A stretch of DNA of 44,390 nt from Trypethelium eluteriae. Lineage: Eukaryota. Below, in pieces: positions 12,332 through 23,609 of the stretch. Every line of letters starts with the position of its first letter. Position 1 is the first letter of the stretch. Below the pieces are notes generated by a model, which searched no databases, had not been told where the DNA came from, and worked only from the letters and a program-made list of their open reading frames with translations. The position numbers were made by a program, and so were the translations under genes. The stretch spans positions 1-44,390 of the forward strand of contig JAVECL010000143.1 of the NCBI GenBank assembly GCA_051942245.1. Direction: 5' to 3'.

Positions 12332-13550
12332 ACTTCAATTCCAACGCTCAGTTCAATAGTTCGCCCAAGGATATTAAAGGCTTCAATTAGCATGCAGTCC
12401 TGCACGGTAGAAAACAAGAAATATTGACACTAGGATTTTGGAGTCAATAGTCCTGAATCATTGATCAAGGTTGGCAAAGCCAATGTCAAACCAGAACTTA
12501 CAATAAGTATTTCTTATCGCTATCTTGGAAAGCGGACAGTTGCCGAGTTGCGATACGTTCGTGCTAAGGGAGCTGCGATGTCCGCGTGGAAATACCTTAG
12601 GATTCACTGGCGTAGATCCTCCCTTAGTTGCCATCGAGAGAAGCTTTGTGAAAGAATTCGCATCACTGTCGAGCATATCCTAATAGCCGTCAACGCAATC
12701 TGATTAGACCAGGCGAAAGCGATACGATGGCGTTTGCGTCTCCCGAATTGTCAGTATCGCCTGAGAAAAGCGTGAACAAGAAGACAGACTAGCGGTTATT
12801 GTATGGACTCGCTGTAGTATCATGGTCTGTTGGTATAAGTTGACTTTCGACAAGCATCTCTTCCAATGATATCGTAAGTACACTGAACCATCGGCGACCG
12901 TTAGGTCCTTCGCATTAGTCGGTTTTGAGGCAATCATGAATGATTGATTATCGAGTCACATTCAATACATACTACCGAATCTCATAGCCCTGTGATTGAA
13001 TGTGAATTCAAGATAAGTCGTCGGAAATGGATTTAAGCTGAGAGTCCTTCGCACGCCAGTCTGCAGTTTTGTTGACGCGCTTAGTCCCAGCTTCAGGAGA
13101 CGGAAGACGGAGGATCTTTATTCCGGGATCTGCCACGATACGTCTACTCGAATACTCAATTCTCTCGGTCGATGATCGTGCCGATACCGCCTCCCGACTA
13201 CCAGATTCCAAGAACGTCATCTTCGTGGTAGTTGAGCACAACTTGCGTCCCGTAGCCATTGTGGCGTCGCCAATCCTGCCCATAATGAGGAAGGTAAAGA
13301 TACCCCGACTATGCCTTGTGCCGGTGCGCCTGGCTTCCTACCTTTGGATGACTTCACTCACTTCCCGTGACGGAGACGGTGTTGTAGTATGTATCTTTGT
13401 GCTTATTTGAACTATGAAGTAACCCAGACGGATGCGACTGCTGAGCTTGCAGTCTCCTTGCAAAGTTACTGAGCAGGTGCCACTGCTCTTTTCATCCAGC
13501 CAGCACGCATACTTGAGCGCTTCCCAGGGCAGATTGCATGACAGAGCAAT

Positions 13551-15209
13551 ATGGCCGACAAAACTGGGACGAATGTCCTGACCGGCCGATCACTGGTCAC
13601 GGCGATTACGAGCGTATGCTCCGCCGGATTCTTGCTGTTTGGCTATGATCGTTAGGAACCTCTCCTGCGTAATTACGCAAAATGACAATGCTAATCTCTA
13701 AGGTTAGAGGGTGTCATGTCCGGCGTCGTGATCTCCAAGCCCTGGTTAGGCCAAATGGGTAATCCGTCGACTCTTATGATAGGAACGCTCACCTCTCTCT
13801 ACGACGTTGGCGCAGTCATTGGGGCGGTAATAGCTGCAGTTTCTGCTGAGCCTCTTGGTCGCAAACGGACATTAATACTCGGAGCCATGGTCCTTATTGT
13901 AGGTACCATCCTCATGGGTTCTGCCTACGAGCGTGTCCAATTTATGGTATCCCGGATCTTGACTGGGCTGGGCATTGGCCTGATTACTAGCTCCACACCA
14001 GTGTATCAAAGTGAGATCTCTGTTGCCAAACATCGCGGATGGCAGGTCTGCTGCCAGCTCACGACTATGCTTTTCGGACTTATGCTAGCCTACTGGATCA
14101 ATTATGGGTTCTACTTCAAGCAGGGCGATATCCAATGGAGATTTCCTTTACTTTTCCAACTCGTCTTTGCGGTGTACATATTGCTCCTCACACCATGGCT
14201 GCCAGATACGCCCCGATGGCTGATGCGGCACGACGGCAGCCCAGATCGTGGTCTCATCGTCCTGTCTAAGCTCCGTAGCCTGCCCATGGAGCACCCAGTG
14301 GTTCAAAGCGAAGGCGATGACATCCTGCAAGCTATCAAGCTGGAGGCGCAAGAAGAAGGATCTTGGACGGATTTATTCCGGTCCAATGGCATTTCGGCGC
14401 ACAAGCGCTTCTATCTTGCGCTTGGCGTGCAGTTTATGCAACAAATGTCAGGAATCAACATCGTCACGTATTATGCGCCGACACTATTTCAATCGTCGTT
14501 GGGTATGTCATCCCGTATGGCACTATTGATGGGATGCTTCCTTCAACTCTTTTATATCATTGCTAGCTTCGTTACATGGTATACCATCGACCGCATCGGG
14601 CGGCGGCCTCTTCTTATCTCCATGGCACTGGGTATGTGTGTTGTACTTGTCATTGAGGCCGCAACGGTTGCCACGGGTGGTACTGGTGCGAGCGTCGTCG
14701 CCGTTATTATGGTTTTTGCCTTTGAAGCGTGCTTCACCTGGGGATGGATGGGCTGTGTATGGGTCTATCCGCCGGAAATCTTGCCACTAAAGATCCGTGC
14801 AAAGGGGGCCGCGTTGGCTGCGGCAGCGGACTTCTTGGGCAATTTCCTAGTTGTCGAAATCACGCCACCCGCTCTGCAAAACATTGGATATAAGACGTAT
14901 GTTATCTTTGCGGTGCTGAACCTCGCGAACGCGGTGATTGTGTGGCTCTTCTATCCGGAGACTGGTGCGCTGCCGTTAGAGAAGATTGATGAATTTTTTG
15001 TTGCCCCCGAGGTCGAAGAAGAGGATGAGAATGATATTCCCGCTTGGAGACGAGTACAGTGGAGCGTCGTTGCGAAGGCTGCTATGGAAGTTAGGAAAAG
15101 AAAAATGAAGACGAGGGAGAGTTCTGAGATCAGTTCCTCTGAAACGACGGCTGCGGATGAAGAAGGCTATCAAAAGAGCACAAACGAGCGCGTAGAAAAT
15201 GGCAAATAG
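13551..15209 (+). CDS. MFS sugar porter family transporter; 2 exons
   Basis: Exons 13551-13650 and 13708-15209; intron GTTAGG...CTAAT...TAG. The splice gives LFGYDQGVMSG. Also GRKR, PVYQSE, PDTPRWL, MQQMSGINIVTYY, DRIGRR, PPEILPLKIR and YPET motifs. Confidence 0.93.
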
Positions 15210-15743
15210 GAGATGGCCGGACCATACCATAACATATAGACGAAATAATGACTCTTACACGCTCATCACGACATTAAACTTCGTCTCTATCATTTCAGCT
15301 GTTCGACCTGTATTCCTATATCTTCCGCAAACGTAGAAAAGTTCCTTACTTTTTCCCTTTCTTTCCATCTTAGAACCTTTCTCTGCAACAAAAGTTACAC
15401 TGTCCTGAACCTACGAACTCAGCTACTACCAGGCATATTACTCGTATTCTAGCGGAGCTTCGGGGGTTTTGGCTAGGACCGTTTAGAAATAGAAATGTTT
15501 TCCCGGTCTTGCCGTCCAGACGCATCAGATCTACTATTGTTATATGACCGATCTCGCGGTAGGTCTTCCAATGTACAGCTATCGAGATTGGGCGCCGCAA
15601 TGGTATGGCATGGATTGATCTAGTTGTGGTCGTGTCAATACGCTGGAGTCCTGCTGAAATTGAGCGTCCTCCTGGCGATGGAAGAAGTCTAGTTAGAAGC
15701 GAGACGATTGAGAGAGAGGAGTAAATTGCTATCTGTTTTTAAG

Positions 15744-16811
15744 CTAAGGGATTAGAGCTAGACCATGAGCGCCTTGATGAAGCTTTTTGTCCCTTCGTGG
15801 CACCGTATCGATTTCCAAATTTCTCTCCACCGTCATGGAGATCAAGTTCACCACCGTCACCGTCCCAGATGAGATGTTTGACACGAAGGCCCTTTTACCG
15901 TCAGGCGACGATAGGATGGTCAGAGGTACCTTGCCAACCTCCAAGGAAGCGATTTGCTGGTAGCCCTCGTCTTTCGAGGTGAATACCGCCAGAGTTCCAT
16001 TCAACGGAGCAACCTTTCCGAATGTCTGGCTATCTGAAGAAGTACTTTTACTAATCCGGTATTGTCCAACAAGCAGCCTGTCCTGCGAATCAACATGGAT
16101 CGTCAATGCCAAAGCGTCCAATGCAATTGACTTTACAACTTTATCAGACACCGTGTCAATGATTTGAATAGATGGCTCATTTGGTTGCTTCGAATCTCCG
16201 AATGGGACTGTTGGGGTCGGGAAGTATGCCAACTTTCCAGACTTCGAGATCGCCGGCTGCTCACAGCCGCCAGGGAGCGAGATCTTGGCTACCATTTTCT
16301 CCTCCAGAAGATCGATGACGGAGACGAAGTCTGCCTCCTTATTGCAGGTGTAGGCTTTTGTGCCATCCGGCGTCATAACGAACCAATGGGTAGCCCATCC
16401 GCTCCCGATGCTCTTGATCACTTTGCGTGTCTTGAGACAAATTCCAATAATGCCACCACTTTCATTGGTATCGGATAATCCACCTTCAACAGAAACGTAA
16501 AGGATTTCGCGCTTCTGATCGAGCACAAGATAATGCGGGCCTTTGGCAGGACTGATATCTATCACTTCGACCACCTGCTTCTGATTGCAGTCCACGACAC
16601 TGACTTCGTGACAGTCACTACCATGTTGCCGATACCATCCATGCTCATAGGCGTGGCTCACGTAGAGCAAATTCGTCCTGGCATCAAAGCATAGTTCGTG
16701 CGGTTCGGAGATTAGACCTGTTAAGTGACCGGTCCTGGTCCCAGATAAGACATCGAAGAACGAGAGTGATTCTCCACTCTGGCTGACAACAGCTAGTGTA
16801 GCGTCGTTCAT
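15744..16811 (-). CDS. YVTN/YncE-like beta-propeller protein, intronless
   Basis: 355-aa ORF with repeated blades (LLYVSH, EVSVVD, ILYVSV, TPDGTKAYTCN, FVSVIDL, SPDGKRAFVSN, TVTVVNL). No signal peptide. TATA-like TATAAATA ~50 nt upstream. Confidence 0.85.
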   Translation of the reverse strand: MNDATLAVVSQSGESLSFFDVLSGTRTGHLTGLISEPHELCFDARTNLLYVSHAYEHGWYRQHGSDCHEVSVVDCNQKQVVEVIDISPAKGPHYLVLDQKREILYVSVEGGLSDTNESGGIIGICLKTRKVIKSIGSGWATHWFVMTPDGTKAYTCNKEADFVSVIDLLEEKMVAKISLPGGCEQPAISKSGKLAYFPTPTVPFGDSKQPNEPSIQIIDTVSDKVVKSIALDALALTIHVDSQDRLLVGQYRISKSTSSDSQTFGKVAPLNGTLAVFTSKDEGYQQIASLEVGKVPLTILSSPDGKRAFVSNISSGTVTVVNLISMTVERNLEIDTVPRRDKKLHQGAHGLALIP

Positions 16812-16906
16812 AGTGGTGTTTGGCTTTCGGATCCGGACTGCCTATACGAGCGCGTAGTATTTATATTATGAGAAGATCTAGTTGACGTTCATCCCGGCCG
16901 AGGGCG

Positions 16907-16934
16907 GAGAAGCTAAAGCCGAGAAGTTAGAGCC
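16907..16934. repeat. Imperfect 14-bp tandem duplication in the YVTN gene promoter
   Basis: GAGAAGCTAAAGCC followed by GAGAAGTTAGAGCC, in a region rich in CCG/CGG triplets. Confidence 0.5.
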
Positions 16935-17612
16935 GAGCGCCAAGTGACCAAACCGAAGGTGTCGAGAAGATACGAGTGCTTAGAAATCCCCGAGCTTAGG
17001 CAAAGGGATTTTTCTTTCAAAGGACTTGACAGACTGCTGGTTGAATGGATGACGGGATCAAATTGGCTATCCCCAAATATCTGAGCTCAAGTGAGCTGCA
17101 GCGGACCATGAATACAAACCTCAAATGAAATCGGACGTTTGGATCGAATGTCGGCACTTCGGCGAGTTGGACATGCAAGTATGACGGGTCTTATGGTCCC
17201 CTCCGTGTTTTCCACAGATTAGCGCACAGGGATAGAAGGCACTGAGATGATCACCGGTATTTGATAAGGTATGAACGAGTAAAGAGCCAAACAAGATGTC
17301 TGCAAGGCTCCGCATCTATCTCAGCTATACGATCCCATGGGCAAGATTGTCGAGATGTCAGCATGCGGTGACCATAGGATGACAGCAACCCGAAGATGAT
17401 CTCTCAGGAAATCTCGAACGCTTCAAAGATTCTCGTCCATCCATTTGAGGATTCGACTCGGTCCACAGCTCGAGATGTTCGTCGGCGTAGTGCTAGAGAT
17501 AGTCATATCCAAAGTCTCTTCAAGAAGGTGGCGTTCAACTGCGCTTACCAGCTACCACAACCCGGTCGAGACTGAGAGTTGGCAACGGAGAAATTGTATT
17601 ATACCCATAAGA

Positions 17613-18808
17613 TTACTTGCTTGAAGTCGCCGATGCCGTTCCGTCATCTGTAGGTATGTGAACGTCAGAGCGATCAGTTACCTGGGACGTCTCAGGCTTG
17701 CCATCATTTCTTGGTGTTCGTTGAAACGCCTTGCCAACTGCACCAAGACCTTGTATGGCAAAGTTTTTGTACTGCTGCGAATCATCTTCTTGCAACTCAT
17801 CTGATGTTATAGGCAGCGGTAGTGGAGACGCAAAGGACGAATAAGATTCTTCAGCGGCATCGAGCGCGGTAAGAGGATCATGAGACGACTCACAAGTTAG
17901 CTTGTTAACCTTGGATAACGAAATCTCCTGCTTACCTTGTAACCTGCGTCTTTGGTTTTCTTATTTGCTCCTTTCTTTCCTGTGTTTTCTCTATCCACGT
18001 CATTCTCTTTCGGGGCTACGTGAGAGGACTGTTTTTGATTTGTCTCGTTCTGCAGCTCCGCTTTGGGCTCCCGTACCTTTGTTCTTTGCGTTTGCGCATC
18101 GTCTGGGTCTTTCTTACCTGAGACTTCCTTATCAGAGGCGTCGAGGACATCATCATCTGGTACATTTCCTTCCTCGTCCTGTGATCCAAATGCTTGTGAC
18201 TGAACACTTGCTCCATGCTTTTGAGCCTCAGCGATTTTCGTCCGCAGAATAGACTCGATATCTTGTTCCCCCTCTTTGGTTTCGCCCTGCTGACTGCCTT
18301 CTGAATTACTGCCTATAACTTTCGTCTGCATGTTATCTAAATGCTTCTGCCCTTCTGCCAAACCTTGAGTCACCCCTTCTTCTGCCCCGAGCTTAATCCA
18401 CGGGCCGTGGATAGCTCCAGTGCCCGTACCGACAAGTCCACCAAGGAGTGTCGTCGGCACTGCCGTCACGGCACCTAGAACCATTCCGACGACAGTTCCA
18501 AGGCCCATGCCAGTCGCAGCCCCGATGCCAATGCCAGCACCAGCACCCTGCCAGACTCCGCTTTCTAGTCTTTGAGCCATTTTGACTTGACTTTTGGCAG
18601 TTTTCTCGAGTTTCTTGACCTCCTCTTCGAGCTTACGACGCTCTGCTGGATCGGTAGCCTCCGAGGCGCGTTTCCTTGCATTTTCGGCCTGTTCTTGGGT
18701 GATTCGGGCAGCCTTAGCTTGTTCGATAGCACCTCCAAGTTGTTTCTCAACTTGAGCAGCAAGTGGTGCCGGAAGCTTTTCTCCAACTCCAGAAAGTTCT
18801 TTGGACAT
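17613..18808 (-). CDS. Hypothetical coiled-coil/glycine-zipper protein with disordered C-terminus; 2 exons
   Basis: Probable start MSKELSG (18808). Charged helical region, then GAGAGIGIGAATGMGLGTVVGMVLGAVTAVPTTLLGGLVGTGTGAIHGPW. Intron 17935-17889 (GTAAGC...GCTAAC...GAG) joins the 17613-17795 ORF in frame. Confidence 0.72.
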
Positions 18809-19188
18809 TTCAAGAACTGGCGTTTCGGTGGACGTGTACTGGAGAATGTGGCTCGGAGCGGAGAGGAAGCGCTGCGCTTGGTGAAGGGTTCTGTTTGCAG
18901 GGAAAGCGCGCTTGACGTCACAAAAGTACATTCGAAGGTACAATAGCGTGGAGAGATTAATCCAATTTGGGTCGAGTCTTGGTCTAGTCCCTCATGTACC
19001 TCGTGCATACTTTTCACTGGTCTTATTGCTGGGTCTAGCTCACTACTACTCAAAGGCCAAATAATCAGAATGGCAGATGATCATGTTTCTTAAATAGAGC
19101 GCTGGCGCGATCTTCTAGGAGGCTATCAAGTCGCCAAGGCAAAGCTACATCAGAGTCTCATCTGACGCTATACTTTTGTTTTGTATTA

Positions 19189-20759
19189 TCACAACAAGTG
19201 ATCTGTGAAAACACCCTCTGGGTCCCATTCTTTCTTTAACTTCTTCAATCGGGCAAGCTTCCCAGCAGGCCGGTATCGTCGCTTGATTGGCCCTGCCCTT
19301 GTACCATTTTGGAAGTCAACATAACTGGTCTCGTCGGGGCCGCGCATGATTGCAATTGATCTCTCATTATATTGATCCACTTTAGCCCGATGCTTTGGAT
19401 CTGTATGCCAAATCAAGTTGTTCCTGGGTACGTCAGTGATAAGCACATGATTTGCTCAGATCCTCTGGGCCCTTGAGAGGTGAACATACTGCCAGTAACG
19501 CGTGTCATGAAGACTCATCGCAGAGTCAAATTTCGGGGTTTTGGGGGCCCTTGAATCCCATTGGAAATTGAACGCGCTATTGATAGCATCCGGACATTCG
19601 GCCACCATCTCTTTCCAGAAGTCGGCAACTTGCACGAATGCGTCTTCGTTGAAATCTTGGAGTCCGACAATGCCGAATCGCTTGAAATCCCCCTTTGCGC
19701 CAATTGCCTCCCTGCCGTCACTTGTATTCTGAATTGGTACTTCACTGCCGTTGGCCACGATGGGCTCAAGCTCGTAGAGATTCCTGTATGCCTTCGGCGC
19801 ATCTTGCGGGTCCCCAGTGTATCTTGCTGCGATAATGAGAGATGGATTTCGAGCAGGAGGCGGGGCCATGATCATCATCAAACCGGCAGTCGCATGTCTG
19901 CTATCGTCCATGATAACTTTCATCACTGAACAGACCTCTCGGATACGGTCGAGCGGGAAGAGAAAGCTGCCAGCCCAAATTACCCCTCTTTTGTTACCCA
20001 GAGCTAACAGCGGATGGCACTCGACTGTAAGCTCGGTAATAAGACCGAAATATTGACCAGCTCCACGGATTGCCCATAAGAGATCTGGATGCGTTTCCTG
20101 AGTCACATTGACGAGATCCCCTCCTGCAGTGACCATACGTGCCGAGACAATCTGATCCGATCCGTAGCCGAGAACAGAGGTAACGATGGATGCTCCACCT
20201 CCAAGAAAGTAGCCGACAGCACCCACTGTATTACCATTTCCCAATGCTAGATCCGTATCATTAGCGCCTGTTTTCAGACCAGGCGCATGGGTCCAGTGAA
20301 CCCAACCCTAGCATACCGGTACACAGCCCTTCATCAGCAAGGCGAACTGCTACCTCCTTCGACAGCACGCTACCCTTCAATGTGACAGTACCAGCTTCTT
20401 TGTTGACTTGTATGGCTGAGTACTGGCTCAGATCGATGATGATGCCATTTGTTCCTATAGTCGACCATTCACTGGGGCCTCCACTCTTGATCACGAAAGG
20501 TATCGAGGATTTGACTGCCCATTGTACCTATGCCATATCGTTAGTAGATTAAAAAAGTATCTATGATAGAGTGCGAGCCTACCGTTATCTGGATATCCTG
20601 CTCTGAAGTAGGTAGGACAATGGCCGTAGGCGTTTTCTTGTCAATGTCAGACCATCGCCTCATGTATTCATTGAATGCGCCGTCATATTGATCCGTCAGA
20701 ATGTTGCAACCTGATGAGACGGTCGCTTTCAGCAGGGGAATCTCTGCGGTAATGGACAT
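19189..20759 (-). CDS. FAD-linked oxidoreductase, BBE/VAO superfamily (FAD_binding_4 + BBE); 4 exons
   Basis: Exons 20759-20583, 20527-20317, 20246-19490, 19423-19189. Motifs: PTAIVLPTSEQDI, FVIKSGGPS, IIIDLS, VGAVGYFLGGG, HPDLLWAIRGAGQYFGLIT, RLKKLKKEWDPEGVF. Confidence 0.9.
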
Positions 20760-21530
20760 AGCTGGATGGTCGTGGAAGCCGTCGATGTGATGTGTAGGGA
20801 TAAGCTTTGTTGACAACTCGGTCGCTTCAAGCGGTCCCCGAGAGTGGGTTTGACGGCCCTAACATGCTGACATGAAGGATTCCACGGCTCTAATATTGGG
20901 ACCCTTATCTTGGTCATTTTCGCGGCGTTGAGAGGGTTTCCTCACTCGCAAAATCAAATCGAGATTAGCAATCCGAGCCTGCTTGAGGAGCACAGTTAAA
21001 GTCACGCTTGTTGCTGGCGCTGACTATTAGAAGGCATTACTTCAGATGATACAGTTGAAGGAATAGTCAGATCCTCCAATGGCATCATGGCGAAGAGCTA
21101 AGGCAGCAGTCGATGCATGTGCCTACACGTGGCTAATGAAAACTATCCACATCGCACTTGAGGATGAGAGGATCTATGAAGTGGAAGCTCATGGGGCAAG
21201 GTATCGCGCGTAGATATGTACAAAGGGAGGTAGGAGCTGAGGTAGGGTAGGCATCTAGAAACTCGGCCAATCGGAGTTCACCTTCGCCGCATCTTATCAA
21301 TCTTGTCGAAATTTGCACACTCGTTCTCGAGAAGGGCATACTCTTGAAAAAGAACATGGGAGACTTCGACCCAGTTTGATAATCTCTCCAACACCTGAAG
21401 TACCCGATGGAATAAAAAGACGACTGCCTCCACCAAACAATGATATCATAATGAATACTAAGGTTCCTTGGTGCCAAATCTTGAGGTGAAAGGATCCCTC
21501 TGCAAAAGCAAACGCTTGTGGCTAGCCACC

Positions 21531-22109
21531 CTAGTTGATGGTGTAGATGATGTCTGACTTCATCTTGGTTGGGTCAAGAGCAATGCCATCTCGGAGTTTT
21601 TGATAACACGATTCGACGTAGTACGGGAAATGATCACCAAGCGCTCTCAGAAGGACATGTGAACGAAATTCCTTCAGGGCGCTCGTTTCGTCGGATCCCT
21701 GGAGGATTCCGTATCCAGTGTCTTTAGCATTGTTATATGCCTTATCCCATTTGTGGCAGAAGTTCTCAAACTTCTCGCTGTTATTGTATCGTAGCTCCAT
21801 CCACTTCGTCATCATATTCTCCCTTGAAATCAGACCACTAACTTCATACCTACTCTTTAAGCTATCCCAAATGGTCTTCGGTGGCGTTGTGAAGGGTTTA
21901 ATACCTGAGCGGATTCTCCTTGAGCATGTATTAAAGATGAGGAGCGATGTCTTGACACTTTCCTTCTGAACAGCATCAGAAGTATCGAGTTTCATGACAT
22001 AGTCGTCTAAATCCTTGGTAAACAAAAGAGCCAGCATACAATCCTTCCATTCGGCGTAGTTCTCTTTGCCTGTAAGCTTGGGTATGTATTTTATTTCGTC
22101 ATCGGACAT
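21531..22109 (-). CDS. Copia-type Gag (capsid/UBN2-like) ORF, 192 aa, no zinc knuckle
   Basis: IPKLTGKENYAEWKDCMLALLFTKDLDDYV, PKTIWDSLKSRYE, WMELRY and LLRAL match the typical copia Gag pattern. The ATG is in a CACCATG context. Confidence 0.75.
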   Translation of the reverse strand: MSDDEIKYIPKLTGKENYAEWKDCMLALLFTKDLDDYVMKLDTSDAVQKESVKTSLLIFNTCSRRIRSGIKPFTTPPKTIWDSLKSRYEVSGLISRENMMTKWMELRYNNSEKFENFCHKWDKAYNNAKDTGYGILQGSDETSALKEFRSHVLLRALGDHFPYYVESCYQKLRDGIALDPTKMKSDIIYTIN

Positions 22110-22605
22110 GGTGGATATTGATGATGTAAAATGGGTGGTGAAAATTTGTAGATTAAGCTGTGGAGGCGAGGACATATATCGTATATACATAGCAACTCAC
22201 GACCCTCACTCTTAATCACGTGATAGAACTGCTTTCTCACACATCACATGCAATATCAGATATCGGATGAGAAAATTACTCGCAGTACCGGGTTTTCGAT
22301 AGGAAAGGTAGACACCAGAGGGATCTATATTAAAAGGGTGAACTAAGTCATGAACTAAGCGCTAAGAATACAGCGTCAAGTAGGCACGGCTCCGGGCTTA
22401 TAACCTGATGTTGTTCAGCACAACGAATTGAAGGGCTCGATTGAACCTATTTAGGTGACCTAGGGTGCAGGCTCTATATCAATATCATCGATGTGAGCAG
22501 GGCGAAAGGATCTACATTATATGTAGGATTCGGAGAATTCGCGCGTAATGAAATATTCGAAACTGGAGAGAAAATTGGCTGTCCTATTACTAATTAGCTG
22601 TGACA
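21531..22605 (-). mobile_element. 3'-truncated Ty1/copia LTR retrotransposon remnant (probable 5' LTR, PBS and gag; no pol)
   Basis: On the minus strand, ...CATCA is followed directly by GGTTATAAGCCC (22405-22394), the copia/Ty5-type PBS complementary to the tRNA-iMet anticodon arm (one mismatch). A copia gag ORF lies downstream. The LTR outer edge (TGTCA at 22605) is tentative. Confidence 0.72.
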
Positions 22606-23609
22606 TGGAATCTTTGGACCTGAGCTATAGCTATTTGAGAAAGCTACGAACAATACCTAGTCAGTAGCTCCAAGTAGGCGGAAGCACTTCACCCTGTTTG
22701 CGGCACCATCTGCAACAGAAATGCAATGCAAGCGGTGCTAATTGCTTCAGATTCTTGTTTGATGGTAAGTATCCTCTATTTCTCACTTCTACGTCCTCTG
22801 CATATCTTCTTCCTTTACGACGGCTTTGGAATCGCTTGCATCGCAGTCAAACCCTCTTGAACTCAGTGGCGGAAGAAATCCCATACTAGGTGTCTATCGT
22901 ACGAGTGCACAACCCAAGGGCTCGTAGATGTCGATAGTAGACTTCGATGATCTGATGTGGTCCTCTTATTGCACTATCGAGGCCAATTCTATCCCTTTCC
23001 TCCCTGGACTTACTGTACCCCGCTCCCCTTCTTCTTCCCCTTGTCACAATAAACTCTATGTCGCAGCTTCCGCAAGAGCCTTATTCAGATTTTGCTCTAC
23101 CTCTGGAAGCTGCCAGGGGTTCTCCTCAGTCTCACTGCGGGGTTCAACCAATCGCTTTATGTCAGTCATGTCTGCCTTCTACTGTTGGGGTATTTTTTGG
23201 GAAGCTGATGAATGCTCAGCACGAAAGGGCTCGAGATGAGGACTGCCTTGATCTCCACAAAGGTTTGCATCGCTAGCTTGATGCCTCGCTGTATCATCTA
23301 TTATCTATTTGCATTGTTAAAGGATCCAGCCCCGATGAACCTACTCAAAAGAACTTGCCTTCTTCTCCAGATTACTAATCGCCAATGATGCTAGGTTTCA
23401 TGCATGAAGAATCGTATTCGTTGTCGGTTTGGCTCGATACCTTCCACCCCTGATCGATCGTCCCCTTCTACACCGGATGATGGGCAATACCGTCAGCCGG
23501 AGCCCCGCAGCCTGCGCGGCACAGAATATATTTGGAAATTATCGAGAACTGCATTTCTCTTTTGTCAAATACCCAGCTCCATGAGATAATTTCTGGTACA
23601 TCACTCGAA

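Noticed and set aside
12458..12937. Minus-strand ORFs faintly resembling a DUF3435 tyrosine recombinase (KPTNAKDL...YLRYHWKRC...QRV)
   Set aside because: Too short and divergent, with no catalytic motif seen. An HMM search would be needed, so it is not called.
13666..13679. 14-bp perfect palindrome TGCGTAATTACGCA in the transporter intron
   Set aside because: About 2-3 such palindromes are expected by chance in 44 kb (1 per 4^7 positions).
21133..21530. Possible continuation of the retroelement (pol) after gag
   Set aside because: No CCHC knuckle, protease DSG, integrase or RT motifs in any frame I translated.
22660..23300. Purine-rich, coding-like minus-strand stretch beside the presumed LTR
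   Set aside because: Multiple stops and no recognisable homology.
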